From contig JBKAGP010000001.1 in the NCBI GenBank assembly GCA_046290465.1, forward strand, positions 2,208,001-2,272,000: 64,000 nucleotides of DNA, read 5' to 3'. Numbering within the stretch: the first letter of the stretch is position 1; each line of letters starts with the position of its first letter. This document shows, one piece after another, positions 58,054 through 64,000 of this stretch. A program made the translations under genes and the position numbers. Under the pieces are notes generated by a model. The model worked only from the letters and a program-made list of their open reading frames with translations. It did not search any database and was not told the origin of the DNA. This DNA is from Planctomycetota bacterium (GTDB lineage: Bacteria; Planctomycetota; UBA1135; UBA2386).

Positions 58054-60912
58054 TCAGTTGCCGATGCGGGCGCGACCGGCGTTGGACAGCACCAGACCGG
58101 CCGAGTTCACCGCGTCGAGCACCGCCCACTGGTGGAACACGTCGACGCCCTCGAGCGCGACGTTGTTCGGCACCGAGAACGAGACGCTGCCACCCGGCGT
58201 GGTGGTGGCGTCGAGCACCAGCGGGTCGACCAGCAGGTCACAGCCCGGCGCACCCGGCAGCGGTGCCGGCAGCGAGCCGCCCGCCCAGGTCGTGTTCGAC
58301 ATGCCGGACGCGAGCACCGCGAACGTGCCGGCGAGTTCGTCGGACAGCGTGATCGAGTAGCTGGTGCCCAGCTGCGGCAGGCCGCTGTTGCCGATCGCCG
58401 GCGTCAGCTGCGCACCCTGGCCGGTGCAGTTGACGATGTACGACGGCGCCGTCACCAGCTGCGACTGGGTCCAGTTGATCGGGCCGTTGACCGGATCGCG
58501 GTAGAAGCCGACGCCGCTGGCCCCCGAGTTGAGGGAGCAGATGTAGACGTTCTGCGCGATGGTCTCGTAGCCGATGTAGAAGTTGCCGGTCACCGTGACC
58601 GGCGCGGCGAACGTCGCCGTGTAGAACTGCTGCGCGGCACCGATGGTGATCGTCGTGCTCGCCAGCGCCGTCGCCGACGGCACGCCGCCGATGTCGGTGT
58701 AGATGCGCGCCGCGACGGTCTGGTTGCCACCGGTCGAGGCGGCCCAGATCTGGAACGAGTTGACGTCGATCGTGCCGTTGTTGACGACGCGGTAGGTGTA
58801 CTCGTTGTCGCGCAGGTCGAGGCCGAGCGCGCCACCACCGGAGTTGAGCTCCGGGCACTGGAACGGCGCGGTGACCGAACCGGGGCAGCCCTGGCCGAAC
58901 GTGCTGAACGACGCGAACGCGACCTGCGTGCCCTGGCCGCCGACGACCACCAGGCCGTAGTCGGCGTCGACCGCCGGCGTCTCGACGTGGTTGTCCTGCA
59001 CGATCGAGGTCGCCAGGACCTCGACGTTCCAGTTGCCGGCCTGCGGGTTCTGCACGAACACGTTCTCGATCGAGTTGACCGTGTCCTCACTGCCGCCCGG
59101 GACCGACCAGAGGCCGTTCTCGAGGTTGTGGTTGCCCCAGTAGACCGTGCCGTTCGGCGCCGTGACGCGCAGCGACAGGTTGTTGATCAGGTGCTGCGCC
59201 GACGCCGGGTTGGCCGCCGGCTCCCGCCAGTTGAGGCAGACCTTCAGCGCGGGCTCGCCCGCGGCGACCGCGATCGGCCACGACCGGACCTGGCCCTGCG
59301 TGACGACGTCCTCCTCGTCGACGATGAACGTCTTGGTGCGGTTGTCGTACATCGTCTGCAGGCTCGGGAAGCCCCAGCCCTGGTGCTCGCGACGGTTGTC
59401 GCTGCTCGCTCCGGTGAACGCGTACTGCGCGCCGCTGACGACCTGCAGGGCCTTCAGGGTCGGCGCGTGTGGGCGGTTCTGGTGCGCGGTGCCGTTCGGC
59501 ACGCGCAGCTGCTGGCCGAAGATGCCGATGCCGGGCTGCACCTCGGTCGTGTACATCTCGATCGCCAGCACGTTGTGGCCGGCGACGATCGGCGTCGCGC
59601 CGGACGTGCCGCCGAAGCCCGCCGTCCAGCTGCCCGACGAGTAGCCGGCGCTGCCGGTGCGGTCCGACGTGCCGATGTTGTCGTAGTAGGCGCACATCGT
59701 CGGCTTGATGCGGCCGTCCGACGCCGGGCCGATCGACGCGCCGCCGTTCTGCCACGAGTCGTTGTTCGGGTTGCTGTCGTTGGCGTGGTTGACGCCTCCG
59801 ACCGAGAACACGTTCTTGGCCCACGCCTGCGGGCGCGAGTCCTGGTTGCCGGCGTTCGACTGGCTCTGCGTCCAGGTGATGTCGTGGTCGAACGTGATGT
59901 CGTCCGCGTCCGCCGAGATCGACGTGTAGAAGAACGTGCGCGCATCGCCCCACGACGCCGTCGTGTGGCTGACGTCGTGCACGTTGACCAGGTCGCTGAA
60001 GACCTGCCAGCGCGACGTCGTCACCGTCGAGTAGTTGGTGAAGAACTTGCCCGCGTCCGGCGCCATGCCGCGCACCGCCGGGTTCGACGAGCCGTTGCCG
60101 AACACGATGCCGCCGGTGGCGTGGCCGTGCGTCTGCGCCGCGTTGCTGCTGCGCACCGGCGTCGCGCCGCCGGTGAAGTCCGGGTGCGTCGCCTCGATGC
60201 CTTCGTAGATGTGCGCGTTGACGCCGGCGCCGGTGAAGCCACCCTGCGCCTCGACGTAGTTGCCGCCGCCCTGGATCCGGGCGTTGTCCATGTCCTCTTC
60301 CGGGGCCGACCAGCGGTCGATCCACAGCACCTCGTCGAAGCCCGCGACCTTCTGCAGTTGCTCACCGGTCAGCGACGCGGTGAACAGCAGGCTGCCGGTG
60401 TGCTCGTTGACGACGGCGCCGCCGATCGCGGCGATCTTCGCCGCCAGCGCCGGCTTGTCGCTGTGCTTGTCGGCGACGACCATGTTGTACCTGGCCGCTT
60501 CCTTGCTCTGCAGCGCGCCACCCTCGAGCAGCGCCGCCTCGAGGCGGTAGGCCGGGTGGTAGGCACCGATCCAGCGGATCATCGGGATGCCGGCGAGGTG
60601 CTCGGCCTGCTGGCCGGTCATGCGCACCACGTAGGCGTCGTGCGGCAGGTACTTGACGACCTTGCCGCCGGCCTCGGTGATCGCGTCGCGACCGGCCTGG
60701 GTCGGGATGCCGTGGAACTGCACGATGCGCAGGTTCTGCTGCGACGTCGACGCGAGCCCGGCGGGGATCGACGGCTGCGACGTCGCCGGGTCGAACGTGG
60801 CGAAACGAAGGCAGATCGAACCGCGGTGGACGGTCGACTGGGGTGCCTGGGCAGAGAGCGAAACGGCGACGGCGCACGCCAACAGCGCGCCGCGGGAAAG
60901 ATGGCTCAGCAT
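58054..60912 (-). CDS. Secreted subtilase (S8) with propeptide and shared C-terminal module
   Basis: YLPHDAY propeptide, HGHATGG, SQSNAG, GP.SDGRIKP, GGTSGATP, QGWG, NNLSLRV, NSIENV. Confidence 0.9.
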   Translation of the reverse strand: MLSHLSRGALLACAVAVSLSAQAPQSTVHRGSICLRFATFDPATSQPSIPAGLASTSQQNLRIVQFHGIPTQAGRDAITEAGGKVVKYLPHDAYVVRMTGQQAEHLAGIPMIRWIGAYHPAYRLEAALLEGGALQSKEAARYNMVVADKHSDKPALAAKIAAIGGAVVNEHTGSLLFTASLTGEQLQKVAGFDEVLWIDRWSAPEEDMDNARIQGGGNYVEAQGGFTGAGVNAHIYEGIEATHPDFTGGATPVRSSNAAQTHGHATGGIVFGNGSSNPAVRGMAPDAGKFFTNYSTVTTSRWQVFSDLVNVHDVSHTTASWGDARTFFYTSISADADDITFDHDITWTQSQSNAGNQDSRPQAWAKNVFSVGGVNHANDSNPNNDSWQNGGASIGPASDGRIKPTMCAYYDNIGTSDRTGSAGYSSGSWTAGFGGTSGATPIVAGHNVLAIEMYTTEVQPGIGIFGQQLRVPNGTAHQNRPHAPTLKALQVVSGAQYAFTGASSDNRREHQGWGFPSLQTMYDNRTKTFIVDEEDVVTQGQVRSWPIAVAAGEPALKVCLNWREPAANPASAQHLINNLSLRVTAPNGTVYWGNHNLENGLWSVPGGSEDTVNSIENVFVQNPQAGNWNVEVLATSIVQDNHVETPAVDADYGLVVVGGQGTQVAFASFSTFGQGCPGSVTAPFQCPELNSGGGALGLDLRDNEYTYRVVNNGTIDVNSFQIWAASTGGNQTVAARIYTDIGGVPSATALASTTITIGAAQQFYTATFAAPVTVTGNFYIGYETIAQNVYICSLNSGASGVGFYRDPVNGPINWTQSQLVTAPSYIVNCTGQGAQLTPAIGNSGLPQLGTSYSITLSDELAGTFAVLASGMSNTTWAGGSLPAPLPGAPGCDLLVDPLVLDATTTPGGSVSFSVPNNVALEGVDVFHQWAVLDAVNSAGLVLSNAGRARIGN

Positions 60913-61089
60913 GGGTTGTCTATGGCAGGAGCAGGCCCTGGGCAGGCGAGAGTGCCAAGCAGTGTAGCAGCACGGCGCGATCGCGCACGCCCCACGCGAC
61001 CGTGCAATTTGGCCGCTGACGCCGGGACGCAAACCGCCGCGCGGCCGTCCGGGGGCGGCGACCGCGCGGCGGCATCGCGGAATCGGGCG

Positions 61090-61200
61090 CTAGATGCCGC
61101 CGATCATCAGATCGAGGCCGTTGCTGGTCGCGATGTGGAACGGATTGATGTTGAGCACCATCACGCCGCTCTGCGCGAGCACGGGGTTGACCGCGGTCAC
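61090..61200 (-). pseudogene. Orphan 3' fragment of the shared terminal module
   Basis: VTAVNPVLAQSGVMVLNINPFHIATSNGLDLMIGGI* resembles module ends such as AQAATLDGAMNIETSRGLDL. Confidence 0.5.
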
Positions 61201-61226
61201 GCCGATGTCATCGGCGCGCTCGTGCG

Positions 61227-63371
61227 TCAACGCATCTGCCGATACGTCCCGCCGGCGTCCTTGGCCAGCCACTCGAGCACCTCGAGGTTGCCGCCGATCG
61301 CGATCGTGTTGATCTTGATGCCGCGGTGCTTGTTCCAGCGGCGCACGTCCTCGCGGATGCGGTGCGGGTCGATCACCTCGCCGGTGGTCGGCTCGCCGTC
61401 CGACAGGATGAAGATCGTGTCGACGTCCTTGTCCTCGAACGCCTGGCGCACCGAGTCGTAGAGGTTGGTGCCGCCGGCCGCGCCGAGGCGCTCGATCCAC
61501 GTCAGCGCCTCCTGGCGATCCTGCACCGACGACGTGCCGATGCCCTTGTCGAGCCAGCGCTCGACGCCGCTCGAGAACGCGTAGATGTTGAACAGGGCCC
61601 CCGCTTCGAGGTTCTCGACCGCCTGCGTCAGCTCGTTCTTGGCGACGTCGATGCGCGCCGCGCCGCGGCCGTCGACCTCCCGTCCGTACATCGACTCGAG
61701 CATCGAGCCCGACACGTCGAGCACGAAGATCACGCGGTGGCTCTCGACGCGGATGCCGAAGAACTTCGCCTTGCTGGTCGTGCGCTGGGTCAGCCGGCGT
61801 CGCTCGCGCGCCGCGTCGGCCTTGTCGAGCTCCTTGTCGGTCGCGACGCGGAAGTCCTTTTCGGCCCCCTTCCACCACGCCGCCCAGCGCGCCTGGTCCT
61901 CGTCGAACGGCTGCGCCGTCAGCCGCCACAGCGCCTCGGCGACCTGCTTGCGCATCCGGCCGCCCTCCTCGCCCAGGCGCGCGACCAGCGGCCCGACCGC
62001 CGCCGCCTGGCGCATCGCGGCGAGTCCCTGGATCGCCAGCAACCGGGTCGACCAGTCGGCGTGTGCGAGCGCCGCCAGCATCACCTCCAGGTGGCGCTTG
62101 TCGCGCGCCTTGCCGAGCACCTCGAGCGCGGCGTTGCGCACCTCGCGGTCGTCGCTCGCCGCGTAGCCGGCCAGCTCCTTCAGCCAGCGGCTCACCGGCC
62201 CCTGGATCGCGTCGAGCGCCTCCAGCCCGGCGAGCACGTCGGACGGCGACTTCGGCTCCGTCATCATCGCGCGCAGCGCCTCGATCGACGCGCGGTCGCG
62301 GCGCGCCCCCAGCGCCTGCGCGGCAGCTCGCCGCACCGACGCGTCCTTGTCGCGCAGCTGCTTGCGCACCGCCTTCAGGACCTTCTCGTCGTCGTTCTTG
62401 ACGGTCGCCTGCAGCGCGAACACCTTCTCGTGCGGCTTGCCCTTGCCGAGCAGCTTGGCGACCTTCTTGCGGACCTTGTCGTCCTCGTAGGCGGCGATCA
62501 GCCGCGCCATCTCGGCGCGCAGGTCGGCCTGGGTGACGTCGCGCTTCTTGGCCAGCTTTAAGAACGTCGACACCGCCTTGCCGCCGCGGTCGTCGAGCAG
62601 GATGCGCGCCGCAGCGGCGCGGTCGGCGCCGGGGAAGTCGACGCGCTGCAGCAGCCAGCTCGCCACCTCCGCCGTCTTGGGCATCCGGCTGCGCTCCATC
62701 CAGTCGAGCGCGCTGCGACGGATCTTGGGGTCGTACTCGCGCTTCAGCGTCTTGACCAGTTCGTCCTCGGTCAGCTGGGCGCGCAGCCCCTCGAAGGCGA
62801 GCAGCCGGATCGCATTGTGCTCGGGCGGCAGGATCTCGCCGTCCTCGCCCTTCTGCTGCTTGCGCTCGAGGTTCCACAGCTCGCGGTACCACGGCGCGTC
62901 GCCGGCGTCGGCCATGCGCACGTGCAGCTCCATGGCCGGGATCCGGATCTCGTCCGAGGCGCGGCTCGCGATGATCCGGTGCAGCAGCTGCTTGCCGATC
63001 GTGTCGGACCCGGACAGGCCGCGCAGCGCCAGCCGCCGGACCTCGTCGTCGTCGGTGCTGCCGGCGATCTGCGCCAGCTTGTCGAGCGCCGGCTGCTGGC
63101 TGTCCGGCAGGTTGGCGAACCAGCCGAGCGTCTTGGTGATCTCGCGACGGAACAGCAGCGTGACGCACCGGTCGTAGGCCTCGATCAGGCCCTCGGCCGC
63201 CGCTCGCGAACGGTCCTTGCCGACCTTCTCGACCAGCGCGAGCTCGGCGTCGTCCTTCTCGCGGTGCAGCTGGCGGATCAGCTCACCGACGTCCTGCGCG
63301 ACCAGCGGCGTCGACGAGAACGAGGCGCTCACGAACAGCGCGAGCAGCAGGGGCACGATACGAACGGACAT
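61227..63371 (-). CDS. Secreted HEAT-repeat + von Willebrand A domain protein
   Basis: Signal LVA-Q; HEAT repeats (DASVRRAAAQALG), FFGI, MIDAS LDVSGSM, GGTN, ILSDGEP. Confidence 0.9.
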   Translation of the reverse strand: MSVRIVPLLLALFVSASFSSTPLVAQDVGELIRQLHREKDDAELALVEKVGKDRSRAAAEGLIEAYDRCVTLLFRREITKTLGWFANLPDSQQPALDKLAQIAGSTDDDEVRRLALRGLSGSDTIGKQLLHRIIASRASDEIRIPAMELHVRMADAGDAPWYRELWNLERKQQKGEDGEILPPEHNAIRLLAFEGLRAQLTEDELVKTLKREYDPKIRRSALDWMERSRMPKTAEVASWLLQRVDFPGADRAAAARILLDDRGGKAVSTFLKLAKKRDVTQADLRAEMARLIAAYEDDKVRKKVAKLLGKGKPHEKVFALQATVKNDDEKVLKAVRKQLRDKDASVRRAAAQALGARRDRASIEALRAMMTEPKSPSDVLAGLEALDAIQGPVSRWLKELAGYAASDDREVRNAALEVLGKARDKRHLEVMLAALAHADWSTRLLAIQGLAAMRQAAAVGPLVARLGEEGGRMRKQVAEALWRLTAQPFDEDQARWAAWWKGAEKDFRVATDKELDKADAARERRRLTQRTTSKAKFFGIRVESHRVIFVLDVSGSMLESMYGREVDGRGAARIDVAKNELTQAVENLEAGALFNIYAFSSGVERWLDKGIGTSSVQDRQEALTWIERLGAAGGTNLYDSVRQAFEDKDVDTIFILSDGEPTTGEVIDPHRIREDVRRWNKHRGIKINTIAIGGNLEVLEWLAKDAGGTYRQMR

Positions 63372-63497
63372 GTGGATCTTTCGGGTGGCGCGAACGGCTG
63401 GGGGCCGCCGACGATCATCGAAGCCACCTGCGCGACGGTCAACCCGACTGCGAGGATGCCTCCGCCGCGCGCATCGGGTATGCGTGGGCGCCCCTAC

Positions 63498-64000
63498 ATG
63501 TCTGCCGCCTCGATCTACCTCGCCGTCGTGCTGCTGCTGGCGCTCGTGTCGTTCTACACGCAGCGCCTGCGGCCGGACGTGACCGCGCTGCTGGTGATGC
63601 TGTCGCTGCTGGTGCCGTGGCAGCCGACCGACGACGGCCTGCAGGCGATCCTGACCGCCAGCCAGGCGTTCCACGGCTTCGGCAGCCCGGCCTTGCTGAT
63701 GGTCACGTCGATGTTCGTGCTGTCGGCCGCGATGGTGCGCACCGGCGCCGCCCAGCTGCTCGGCGGCCGCCTGCTCGAGGCCGGCGCCCGCAGCGAACTG
63801 TCGTTCCAGCTGACGGTGCTGGTGCTGGTCACCGGCTTCAGCGCGATCGTCAACGACACCACCACGGTACTGGTCTGGATGCCTCCGGTGATGGCGATCT
63901 GCCAGAAGCGCGGCTACGCGCCGTCGCGCATCCTGATGCTGCTCGCGTTCGCATCGCTGCTCGGCGGCAAGTGGACGCTGATCGGCACGCGCAGCAACGT
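63498..64000 (+). CDS. SLC13/CitMHS-like permease, 3'-truncated by window edge
   Basis: Not in the ORF track; translates as RLRPDVTALL..AFHGFGSPA..FVLSAAM.RTG..FSAIVNDT..PSRILM.LAFASLLGG..TLIGT.SN. Confidence 0.88.
   Translation, partial: MSAASIYLAVVLLLALVSFYTQRLRPDVTALLVMLSLLVPWQPTDDGLQAILTASQAFHGFGSPALLMVTSMFVLSAAMVRTGAAQLLGGRLLEAGARSELSFQLTVLVLVTGFSAIVNDTTTVLVWMPPVMAICQKRGYAPSRILMLLAFASLLGGKWTLIGTRSN

Overview
A very GC-rich bacterial chromosomal window. The gene content (ECF sigma/Ser-Thr kinase modules, YdjY, DUF1570, DUF6677, HEAT-vWA proteins, mcsA-mcsB-clpC, lipid A genes) points to a Planctomycetota lineage; this is an inference from gene content only. It holds about 50 protein genes and 3 tRNAs (Arg-TCT, Ser-TGA, Ser-GCT). 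Housekeeping genes include fabD-lpxK-lpxL, nnrD, asparaginase II, murD-mcsA-mcsB-clpC-dprA, class I aldolase, an ABC exporter and an SLC13 permease. A partial RAYT-type HUH transposase lies at the left edge. Main observations: (1) five unrelated secreted proteins, plus an orphan fragment, share a ~110-aa terminal module I cannot assign to a named family, which behaves like a lineage-specific sorting or anchoring domain; (2) two of these proteins sit in three-gene ECF sigma + membrane Hanks kinase + secreted protein cassettes; (3) all 11 clear Sec/SPI proteins appear to begin with Gln after cleavage; (4) there are REP/REPIN-like palindromic elements; (5) two single-base anomalies occur, a clpC lacking its stop codon and an in-frame TAA in a spermidine-synthase-like gene. 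All family calls come from motif recognition by eye; no searches were run.
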